Below, piece by piece: positions 1 through 10,290 of a stretch of 47,700 nt of DNA. The DNA comes from Catajapyx aquilonaris (taxonomy: Eukaryota). Every line of letters begins with the position of its first letter. Position 1 is the stretch's first letter. Where the stretch lies: positions 1 through 47,700 of the forward strand of contig KZ538782.1 in assembly GCA_000934665.2 (NCBI GenBank), in the 5' to 3' direction. The notes below the pieces were generated by a model, which was given only the letters and a program-made list of their open reading frames with translations, had not been told where the DNA came from and searched no databases. A program made the translations under genes and the position numbers.

Positions 1-129
1 TCGTTTTCGGTGGCACAAAATGTTGCAAAATGGGTGCAAAATTCCTGCACATGTTTCATGGTTCTAGCTCAACATAGCACTCCAAGTTAACAGACCTGAT
101 GAAAACCTTCATAGAGAATATACTGTATA

Positions 130-1317
130 CCTGGTGTAGACCCAATATTGTAATTCGTGACAGACTTCTAGGGCGTGTAGGGGCTTCCTAGGGAATCATT
201 TTGAGATAGGACACCCATGGTCGGAAACTAATCCCACGCTCATTATTGTAACACCCCGATATTGTTTTTTGCTTATAGGCAAGCCACGCTAATTTACCAT
301 TGACGTCTTAGTTTTGTTTACCAATTCCTAGTCAACGGAAATCTGCTGAATACACCCATGGAAACTCCCACTTTTCAAGTTTCCATGGTGATGCCTTCAT
401 GCAACAATAGGAGTAAACGGAGTAAACATCGACAACAGTAAAACCACGAATATAACACTATTTGCGTCTATTGTTCTGTGAGGGCATCTCCATGGAAACA
501 GGAAAAGTGAGAGGTTCCAGGGGTACGTTAAAGGGACACTCCACTCAAAATACAAGTTGGGCTTTACAAATCGGGCTAAAAATCCTGATTCCGAGGGTAT
601 GAGCAGTTTTTCTGAGAGACGAGCGGTAAGGCCAGGATGAGAGGTCTGATTCGTAAAATAATAGTCTCCCGCGCAGTGAGTGATGGAAAGAAAATCCCTC
701 CAGCGGCCAGACGGGGAACCACACGGACGGACGGGACTGTTCCGGGACCGAATATCATGGAAAAAAGAGAGTGCGCGACCCGATGCGGAGGCTAACGAGG
801 CAGTCAGAAGCCCCAACGGTGCGGAGAAGGCATCACTTAGCTCGGACGGGGGAAAGCACGTTAATCACCTTTAATTCGCGCCATCCCCTGGTCTAGTTCC
901 GCTCCTCTGGTGGCGTCGCCACCTGCGCCCACCTGCTCCGCGCGCGGTTTTCGAACGACACACTTCCAGCTTCACCCTGGCCATACCGTTCGTCTCTCAG
1001 AAAAACTGCTTATACCCTCGGAATAAGGATTTCCTGCCCGATATTTACAACCCAACTTGTATTTTGAGTGGAGTGTCCCTTTAAGCAGATTATTTTCTGT
1101 TGACTATAACTTGGTAAGCGAAACGATTACGTCCCAGTCAGGTTAGGCATGGTCCCCTACACAACAATATCTGGGTGTTACAATCATGGGATGTTAAGGG
1201 CTCTGGAGCACCGTTGGGATTGGTTTCCGACCATGGGTTTCCTATCTCAAATTGCTTCCCTAAGCAGCCCCTACACACCCTAGAAGTCTGTTCCGAATAA
1301 TTACAATATACACCCTG
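130..1317. mobile_element. Old Tc1/mariner-type foldback MITE, interrupted by a Kolobok-like insertion
   Basis: About 130-350 is the diverged reverse complement of about 1081-1317. Right end is CACCCTG; the left end TA-CCTGGTG is degenerate. Confidence 0.7.
532..1080. mobile_element. Kolobok-like non-autonomous element
   Basis: TTAA TSD (528-531, 1081-1084), AGGG...CCCT termini and about 120-bp TIRs (AGGGACACTCCACTCAAAATACAAGTTGGG). TTAA with RR...YY ends is the Kolobok pattern; piggyBac has CC...GG. Confidence 0.8.
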
Positions 1318-1383
1318 CAGATATTCCCCACTACATTATTAGTGAAAGCCTATTCTTTCGTTAATAAAATGACTTGTCAATAA

Positions 1384-1517
1384 TTCCTAATGATTCCAGC
1401 TAACTTTTAAGGTTCACTCCTTCTAGACAGATGATCTCTTTGTGTATGGGTCAATACATAAAGAGATCATCTGTCTAGCAGGAGTGAACCTTAAAAGTTA
1501 GCTGGAATCATTAGGAA
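1384..1517. repeat. Near-perfect palindrome, about 64-bp arms
   Basis: ttcctaatgattccagctaacttttaaggttcactcc... mirrored by ...ggagtgaaccttaaaagttagctggaatcattaggaa, with few mismatches and a short loop. Confidence 0.9.
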
Positions 1518-1635
1518 ACACCATGAGTAGTTTGAGCTAGTGATCTTCCTCGTTTCCACATGACAGATTTTCAGGGCAAGAAAATTATTATGTCCAGGCT
1601 TGCACACTCTGAAGAAATAAAATATGAATTCTTAC

Positions 1636-1746
1636 CTCCAAATGCTTGGCAGGTCAGTATAAGGTCATATCCTTCATAGTATGGCCCCACCACTGAACTG
1701 ACCTCCACTCCTGCTGAGTCCGTAATTATGAGTTTCTTTACAGGAA
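1636..1746 (-). CDS. Sidestep/nephrin-like IgSF gene, internal exon C (start of Ig domain 2)
   Basis: Acceptor ttttcag and donor G|gtaag; 111 nt, phase 1 to 1, in frame with exon B. Translates (V)PVKKLIITDSAGVEVSSVVGPYYEGYDLILTCQAFG(G), matching the VGPYxEGxxLxLxC motif of Side Ig2. Confidence 0.93.
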
Positions 1747-2074
1747 CTGAAAACAGGAAAAATGATCTGAACTTAGGAATCACTTTTAGAATGCCTTCCA
1801 ACTATTAGGGAAACTCGTAGCATCTGTGAATGTTTTAGGCTAGCTCATTTCCCATACTCTTAGTAAGGGCCGTGATTGGAAAATTTGCCTGGTTGTTTAT
1901 AGCGTAGTCGCAGAGCGTCGTAGGACACTTAACAACATATTTGGGAGTTGCAGGCAAAATATGAGACCTCCCGACTGAAGTAGCTGTAAGCACTTTATTG
2001 ACGTGATTACGACGCCTCGTTAGTAAAACTATTAAATTATCTGCCGTGGAACGCAGATATCATTTCATAATGAA

Positions 2075-2693
2075 TGTAGGGTAAGCATCGTAAGCCCTGG
2101 AGCTAGAAATTTAATGCCACCCAGCTCTCTCCGGTTTCCCTCTACCGTATCGACAGCTCTCAACGAGCTGCCTTGACGCGGGGCGTTGACGATAGGGGCA
2201 CATTTTCTTAAGTCGGTACATATGCCTTGAGTAAGTGTCCATCGAGGAAGTTAAAAAATCCTCGCTGTGGGATTGGCCATAGGGTTAAGAATACCTGTCC
2301 TCCTCCCTGTGGGGTCATTTTTAATCCCTTTTATTCCCTTTTCCCTGGCAAATGCCCCCGGCGACCTTCAATCTGGATCGAAGCCTTTATCATCCCCCTC
2401 CTTCCCATTTCACCCCTCCTGACTACCTTTTTTTCCTCAAACGTGTATTAGTTCCCATTCACGAGCTGTCCTTCTATTAGTTTTCCTCCGTGGGGAGCTG
2501 CATTCCAGGCAATTGGCCCTTCACTCAGGGTTGGGCAAACTACCCCCTGTCACGAATGGCACGACCAGGTTTTCTTATACTCAACCACCCACTCCCCCAA
2601 TTCCCGCCTCCCATACTTCAGCAGTCTCTCAATCCCCTACAGTGAAGACCATTTCCGAATCTCTCCCTTAGAATTATCCACTGGATTGTTACA
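2075..2693 (-). mobile_element. Probable solo LTR (619 bp)
   Basis: Minus strand begins TGTAACA and ends TTACCCTACA. Flanks TGAA/CGAA fit a 4-bp TSD with one CpG-type change. On the minus strand a TATA-like GTATAAGA (about 2575) precedes AATAAA (about 2332). Confidence 0.55.
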
Positions 2694-3050
2694 CGAATTT
2701 GAGTAATAAGTCGCTGTTGGACATCATTTATTCATAGACAAATAATTATTACAGAATTTGATATCAAATAGTGTGGTAGAACTGGGAGCATTTTGAAAGA
2801 AGAGCACAGGTTTTATCATTCATTTGTAGTATCTGACATGGGTATGGTAACTGCGGAAATGAGGGGTATGAGATCAAAAACGGCTAAGTCCATTTTTTCG
2901 ATTCTCGGCTTGGAAGTTCTCTCTTTTTTAAACATTCTCGTCTGTGACAGAAATTATTTTGTCTATTTCTCTGCGGTAGGAAATGGACCTCCTTTTTAAT
3001 ACAGTCGAATTTAATGCGGAGGTGGTTATGCTCGAAGCAGCCTTCAGCAA

Positions 3051-3424
3051 CAAGGTCTCTTTTCCCGTGCGCTTAGCTGTCCCGCTACCCCGAATGTAGA
3101 GCCCGAAAACCCGGAGGTAGAGCCCTGTATCAAAACGCATTCGGACCGACGACTTATGAACCGTTCTGAGCCTACCAGTATTGTCAACTCCCAATCAGCT
3201 CCTGTTTGCATATCCAACCATCAGCCACCAATAATTGGAACTGTCGAGAAGGCATTCGAGTGGCTGATGGTGGGATCTGCAAAGCTGATTGGGAGTTGAC
3301 AGTATAGGTAAGTTCAGAACGGTTCAAAGGCCCCCCCCCCCCATGCGATTTGATACATGGCTCTACATCCGGATATTCGGACTCTACATCCGGGGATAGC
3401 GGACCAGCTAGGAGCACGGCCTTG
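3051..3424. mobile_element. Foldback MITE with CAAGG...CCTTG ends, family uncertain
   Basis: Imperfect palindrome centred near 3240 (gtcaactcccaatcagct / agctgattgggagttgac; ccgtgc / gcacgg). No clear TSD. Confidence 0.6.
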
Positions 3425-3460
3425 AGCGTATGGCTAGATAGGAAGTTGCGGGAACTGGAC

Positions 3461-4503
3461 ACGTCACAGGTGCAGCGTTCACTTCGCACCGCCGATGCGG
3501 GCGTCTCGCTGGAGGTATGGACCTAAAATTATCACAGAATGGCGAGGAAGGGCCAATTGAGCCACCGACGGAGTTTCGACCCATTAGAATAATAATTGGC
3601 GAGATCTACAAGGGGAGGAGTTTTTGAAAAACCGATTCTCAACATCTTGGCTCCTGACTCGAATTTGGGAAATATCTCGTGGGCCAGCGATGGCCAAAGT
3701 ATTCCTCTCTTAAGCCTGCTTCACAAATTCGGCGAAAGGCTGAGCTGGCGGCAAGAGTACGTTTGGGGGGTTTGTGGCGCGGGACCTGTGCGGTGGGAAT
3801 CGCAAAAGTCCATCTGGATAGACTTGAGCGATTCCCATCGCACCAGTTTCCGCCCGCAGCGCCACCGCCGAATTAGTGAATTGCCACCACTCACATTCCG
3901 CGCCCCAATCGCACGTTTTCCGACCGCTCAGCCTTCCGCCGAATTTGTGTAGCGCCCTTTACTCCTCCAAAGCGCGATTAATTTGTGCTATTGGTTTTTG
4001 CACAGCTATTTATACGGTTTCACCACCTTACCTCGCAAAATCGGCGGAAAACTTTCGAACATAGAACAGTTGGTTCCCTGTCCAGGTTGTGAGGGAACCT
4101 GTTCGGGCTAAATAATTTAAAAAGCGCGTGGGCAACCGGGAACCAACTATTCTATGTCGGAAGTACTCCCTCTGATTTTACGAGGTGAGCTGGTGAAACC
4201 GTTTTAATAGCTGAGCAAGCACCAATAGCCCAAATAAATAGCGCTCTGGAGAAGTAAGAGAGGACAACTTTTGCCATCGCACACAGTCCAGATATTTCCG
4301 AAATTCGAATCCGTCGCATAGATGTCGTGAGCCGTTTTCAAATACTCCTCCCCTTGTAGATCTCGCAATTATTATTCTAATGGATCGAAACTCCGTCGTT
4401 GGCTCCATTGGCTATTCATCGCCATTCTGTGAAAATTTCAGGTCCATGCCTCCAGCAAGACGCCCGCATCAGGGGTGCGAAGAGAACGCTGCACCCTTGA
4501 CGT
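3461..4503. mobile_element. Foldback DNA element with a nested MITE in its left arm
   Basis: 3461-3710 plus 3960-4090 is the reverse complement of 4130-4503. This explains the mirrored ORFs containing ARSTRGGVFE. Confidence 0.8.
3713..3958. mobile_element. PIF/Harbinger (Tourist-like) MITE
   Basis: TTA TSD (3710-3712, 3959-3961) and TIRs AG(CCT/GGC)GCT(T/A)CACAAATTCGGCG. The opposite arm of the host element preserves the empty site. Confidence 0.8.
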
Positions 4504-6906
4504 GGCCAAATTTGGAAGCGATTCTGAAAAATCACTTAAGTATCCGGCGCCCTTAACATGTAAAATTTACTTAAATTAATTGTCTGAAGGCACATTTCAA
4601 CATAAAATTTTCAAATAATATGTCTATAGACAAATACACAAATCTGCTTAATTATGAATAATTTAGTGCCACGGAATTTGCAACTATATTACCGACAGAA
4701 GATATGGAAAACATGTTGATATATATTTTTTTTATAAATGTCTGTAATTTTTATTTATTTTTGAGTTCATACAATCGGCCTCTAGGTCAGTAATAGTGTA
4801 CTGGCTATCAAGGAAAAATGAAACGTGATAAAAAGTACAATAAATATCGTAAAAATGTTAGTAAATAAATAACGACATAATAGAAATATGCAGCAGATGA
4901 TTTGGGCACACAGTGTAAATGAGTGTCCCTTCATCAGGGAATCGATGCCATAAAACAAGTAATTTTGCGACTACCGTACGCGTAAGCGATAAAGTATCGC
5001 TCCCTAATTAACTGCAGTGCTGCGCAGTAAATGCTCGTCTTACAGAGAGGCCGTTTTTCAACGTCAAGTCAGATTATCAGCAGTCTGGTTTTTAATGCAA
5101 TTTATGTCATGTCTCTATTCTCGACCTGACGATGCATGAATAAAGTTGCTTCACATGTTCGCTAAAGTTTATCACCCTTCAGTGGAAGCGAAATTGGACT
5201 AAACCACGCACTTGGACCGCAAGGATATACCAAGCCAAAATCATTCCCTACCCTTTTAAAAACCTGCCGGTTATGTTCCTATTTCTTGGTGGATTTTGAG
5301 TCCACTTCTTATTTAGATTTGCTTGTAGAAATTATAATAAATTATATTGTATTACCGCAAGTGACAGGTAATTCTCTTCATTACTTCATTTTATATCTTT
5401 CTTCTAGTGTTTCCACTAAAAATAAGGTAAAAAAAACGAGGACAAACGACGATAGCACTTATTTCACACCATACATTCTAAAATCGATTTCGTTAAAATT
5501 TACTCAAATTACAAATTACAAAAAACCTTAGCCTGGGAATACTCTGGGTTACCTAACCTTGGCAATAATATTGTCAGTGAAAATCTCTCAAAATGAGTAC
5601 TTATTCATTTGATTATTTTATGAACTAAAATAGAGTAGACTGTAATATGCTGTCCAGATAATTGTCATCGATAGGACACCTATTTGGGGGTGCAAATTGG
5701 GGGATGATAGAGTGAATTATAAAAATTAAAGTTGCTAAACAGTGTTCCTGATCTGATATATACCGGTGAAAATGTTTCGTAATCAAGTTTCATGGCCATA
5801 TAGAAAGTGTTATGTCATTTTTAGATAACAAAGTATTGAGTCACACACTGTATACTGTTCACTAAAACCTGCTAAAACGGACAATTTATTAATGAAGGAT
5901 GCCTGTGCAATCATTTTTGCAATATGTGACAATTATCAGTTTTCGGATATGAGCTAATATTAGTTAAACTTACACGTGGTAGAAAGGAATCTCCGATTGC
6001 ACATGTCTTGTAGCTCGCTGTGTGCAGAAGGTGATATAGCGGAAAGGATAGGCCGGCTAGTCTGGGGATAATGTAGTCGCAATCGGCCATGTCGTTATTT
6101 CAAGAGGGACTGTATAAATGAAATTTTCTGCCCGCTTTAGTGATGTCAGTTTTGAAGAGAGTCGTCTCCTGAGAATCCTGCATTTTGTCGCTATCTGCCG
6201 TTTCGCACTGTGAATTCAGACATGCTGTTAAGAAACGTGCAACATTTGGTTCCGTTCACGGACCGTTTCCCCCTGACTGGATGAAAGTAAATAGGAAATG
6301 AGGATTCGAGATGAATATTTGCAAAAGTCAAGGATTCGGTAAAGAAGGTGCAGAAGTCCCTTTGGGGGGCCATTTCCGACGAAGTCTCGCAATTTACTAG
6401 GTGCGGACGAGACAAATTTTTTCGTTTTGCAAGCCTGACCGACTTCTGATGGTAGGTATTTACAATCAGGTTGATGGATTTCGCTCTCCAGGAGATGAAG
6501 ACGTACAGCAGCAAAAATGTTGGGCAAAGTGTGACTCCGGATTCCCAAGTTGGATGAATGCGTATAGAGGGTTTGTATCACGCGGGGGTGCATAATCAAT
6601 TTTGAGACCGGTCTGGACGAATACAATGCTGTCCTGTCATCCATTGTGTTCACCTGAAACGGGCAACACCGTCAGCGATAGCTTCTGTTGTGCTCTTCCG
6701 AGACGGGGAAGCGAATATTCACTCACGGTATAGGCTACCCGGCAAGATTGAGACTCACACAAACCCATATGCACAATGCAATAACTTGTATACTGTATAC
6801 TCACTGCATATATGATATACCGGTACTATTCATCATGGTTATTCCAGTGAATGTGACGTCAATCGTGCATGTAAGGAATATATCGGAAATGCCTCAAAGT
6901 TATATA

Positions 6907-7875
6907 CAGGGTGGACGGAAAGTTTCGGACTCCCCCAGGTTTTTTAACCCTACTTTTCACAGCGTCTTTTCACATCTTTTAAAAGTCCACAAGCAGTTCT
7001 AATGTACACTATCTTTTGAAGCATAATCTTGAGAACATCTGAGCACCTTCGCTCTCGCAATTCCATTAATAACTTCGCTTCTGTGACTCATCTAAACATA
7101 TCCTATCTGTTTTGCGTTTATTTTGCTTGTTGCCTTGGAGGACACCTGGTCATATTCTGCGTCAGAAATGGTTATTATGACCCTTTTCCATGAGTTCCCC
7201 TTCATGCAAATGTTGTGAACTCACTCCTGACCTTATTTTTCGCATTGGTCCATAACCTGGTCCAATAAAAATTTGAAAAGGAATGCATGAAATGGCGGAC
7301 CCGGATGCATTACTTTCGAATTCTCACATTGGTACCATCACATTTGTCTCCATTTGTACTTTAAAATAATTTTTTGGTGCGAAAGAACGTGAACGAAAGG
7401 ATGTGTCATGTTGATTAATTTACCAAGGTAGGACTGTTTACTGTCCTTTCCCACCAAAAAATCATTTTAAGGTAAAAATGGAGACAAATGTGATGGTACC
7501 AATTCGAAAGTAATGCATCCGGGTCCGCCATTTCATGCATTCCTTTTCAAATTTTTATTGGAGCAGGTTATGGACCAATGCGAAAAACAAGGTCAGGAGT
7601 GAGTTCACAACATTTGCATGAAGGAGAACTCATGGAAAAGGGTCATAAAAACCTTATCTGACGCAGAATATTACCAGGGGTCCTCCAAGGCAACAAGCAA
7701 AATAAACGCAAAACAGATAGGATGTTTAGATGAGTCACAGAGGCGAAGTTATTAATGGAATTGCGAGAGCGAAGGTGCTCAGATGTTCTCAAGATTATGC
7801 TTCAAAAGATAGTGTACATTAGAACTGCTTGTGGACTTTTAAAAGATGTGAAAAGACGCTGTGAAAAGTAGGGTT
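6907..7875. mobile_element. Tc1/mariner-type foldback MITE, right end lost in the gap
   Basis: TA-CAGGGTG left end. 6946-7400 is a high-identity reverse complement of 7420-7875. Confidence 0.88.
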
Positions 7876-8025
7876 NNNNNNNNNNNNNNNNNNNNNNNNN
7901 NNNNNNNNNNNNNNNNNNNNNNNNNNNNNNNNNNNNNNNNNNNNNNNNNNNNNNNNNNNNNNNNNNNNNNNNNNNNNNNNNNNNNNNNNNNNNNNNNNNN
8001 NNNNNNNNNNNNNNNNNNNNNNNNN
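7876..8025. other. Assembly gap (150 N)
   Basis: Run of N characters. Confidence 1.
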
Positions 8026-8208
8026 CCCCCCCCCCCCCACTTCCTCCCCTCCCCCGGCCCTTTCTACAACTGACCAATTTCCAGAAAACATACACTCTGC
8101 ACGGCCGCAAAAATGGTTCAATTGGCACAGATATTGCAAAGAAAAAGTTGAACCAAGGCTCGCGAATCCCCGCGACCCTGCCCGCGACCCCCTGGTTGGA
8201 AACCACTG
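8026..8208. mobile_element. hAT (Charlie-like) MITE, one end only
   Basis: Ends GGTTGGAAACCACTG, preceded by CGCGACCC subterminal repeats that also occur in the 43823 element. The other end is presumably in the gap. Confidence 0.65.
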
Positions 8209-10084
8209 GCTTAAATGCACCCTATTCGCCGTCCGTTGACTTCTTGCGAGCTTGTGAACGCATCTTCAGCCTGCCATTATGGAATATTCTGGTCGTCCTG
8301 TGGGATATAATTTAGATCACGATGCTGAGCAATAATGATATAAGTGAATCAAAATGTGAAATAGTCCATCCAATTTCCTTAGCCAGATCGATTCTGCCAT
8401 TCGCTTGCTGCAAGGGTGTTAAACGTTCCACAAGTCAGATCTTGATTGCGAATTTGGCATTTGGCTTGCGGACAGTTGCACCAAGTCAAGTGCCAGTTCT
8501 TCTCGACGGAAGCCCATTTCGCTCAAGTTAGTAGTGGGCAATGAGCAGAGGAGTTTCCCTCCTCCCAACCTCCCTCTCTCGCTCCTCCTCTCTCCTCTCT
8601 CCTCTTTCCTCTGAAGCTAGTAGCACGCGCCAAACAACACGACTATGAAGCCTTTACCGTTGCTAACGGCGAGTTTGAAACTAAAAGTCCCGCCGTAAGC
8701 ATCGCCGCCCAAAGGGCTGAATGAAAGAAAGGATAATTAGGTGACGTTCTTCAACGCCAACTTGTGCGCCTCTAGAGGCCACTTTTATCTTGACACACAG
8801 GAAGGGAGTACTAAAGAGACTTTTTCTCATTTTCTTTTTTTGTGTCGTATAAAACTGCACTGGTGTCCTCAAGCTGTATACACGACACAGTCATGTAGGA
8901 TCAAATAAACGGTGCATGCCAGATCATTCTCCAGAATGTCCAACACCGTCTTATTAAATTTGTTCCAATTTAAATGCAATAAGTGGCTAGCATTTTATTT
9001 CCACTTGACACTAGCTAAAAGAAGGATTCCAAAAATCGCCACCTACTACAGGCATTGCAATTTGACTCATCTGCTTTATAGCGACAAATCGTCCATGTGA
9101 AAATACATTACTGGTTTGTATTTTTCAAAAATTAAGACCTGGTAAGTATTACAGAAACATTAACGACAGAAATAATTTTCAATAATTTTAACTTAAATGC
9201 CCAAACAGGTTCATTAAATAAGACCTTGGTTATATTTACCGATATCATTAATATTAAGTTTTCTCATTAGTAGTGTAATGAGTCAAAATAGAGTAGTGCA
9301 AATCATATTGGGAAACTTTTAAAACTCTTTTCAGATAGAACATGTAAAAGTTATAGCGCCAGAGCTGTAGAAGCTATTCTACCTTCCATCTATCTGTATA
9401 AAGAAGGGCGCTGCCTGGTGACGTTGGTCGTCTGTGATTGGTATCTGCCAACGACTCTCCACGGAGCTCTGCCAAGATGAAATTGGGAGAACGGTGCAAT
9501 TTACATACTGGATTTTCCTCCTAGTGTAGCAGAGAACAAAGAGGGAGTTAGAGAGAAGGACAAAATTGGTCGACGATTCCTAGTTCCGGACACGTCCCAC
9601 TCCCCTCCCCCTGACTTTCTGCCGCCCTCCAGAGATTTAGAGTTGCTGGGCATCTGATCAGCCCGGACAAACGGTTGGAAGTAAATAAACTAGCCCTGTA
9701 TTTGAAAGCTATATTCAAGGAAAACGCTTTAAATTCAGGTTACTCTCTAAACATCCCATTGAAAAGCGTCGATTTCAATCATGGGATCAATTTTCGTCGA
9801 TTCACCTCAAGTTTGGTAATAAATAATTAAATCTCATCGAATGTGTTTGCCAGAGACTCCGGTTTAGTCCCCTCAGATACTGCAAGATGCACCATAGTAT
9901 TATTGTATATTTAAGCCGTCCTGGCTTACAAGTTGGTCAGGCAAGCAGAAATAATGCAATGTGAATTAATGATCATCAGTGATATTACCAAATAAATTGT
10001 AATTTTTACGCACCTTGATTTTTAGGTGTCTCAAATGCACTAAAACATCGTCTATCATCAGGTATGGTAAGCAGTGGTTAAAAA

Positions 10085-10290
10085 CGTCCATACTGCGGAA
10101 TGCTGTATGCCAAACCATCAATTCCGCTAAATGCAGAATGCTCCATGTCAAACAGTCCATTCTGCACAATGCTCCTTGTCCAACCATCCATTCTGCAGAA
10201 TGGACGGTATGACATAGAGCATTCTGCAGTCTTGTCGTTTTAAACCGTCCATTCTGCAGAATTCTCTGGCAGCGGCCAGGATAGCCAACA
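10085..10290. repeat. Array of the palindromic CATTCTGCAGAATG motif with about 31-bp period
   Basis: Motif starts near 10089, 10127, 10158, 10189, 10220 and 10250. Confidence 0.75.

Noticed and set aside
1571..1801. 76-aa ORF as a standalone gene
   Set aside because: Only 1636-1746 is exonic; the rest is read-through into flanking intron.
10085..10290. CRISPR-like array
   Set aside because: Repeats are only 14 bp and degenerate, spacers about 17 bp, the context is eukaryotic and there are no cas genes.
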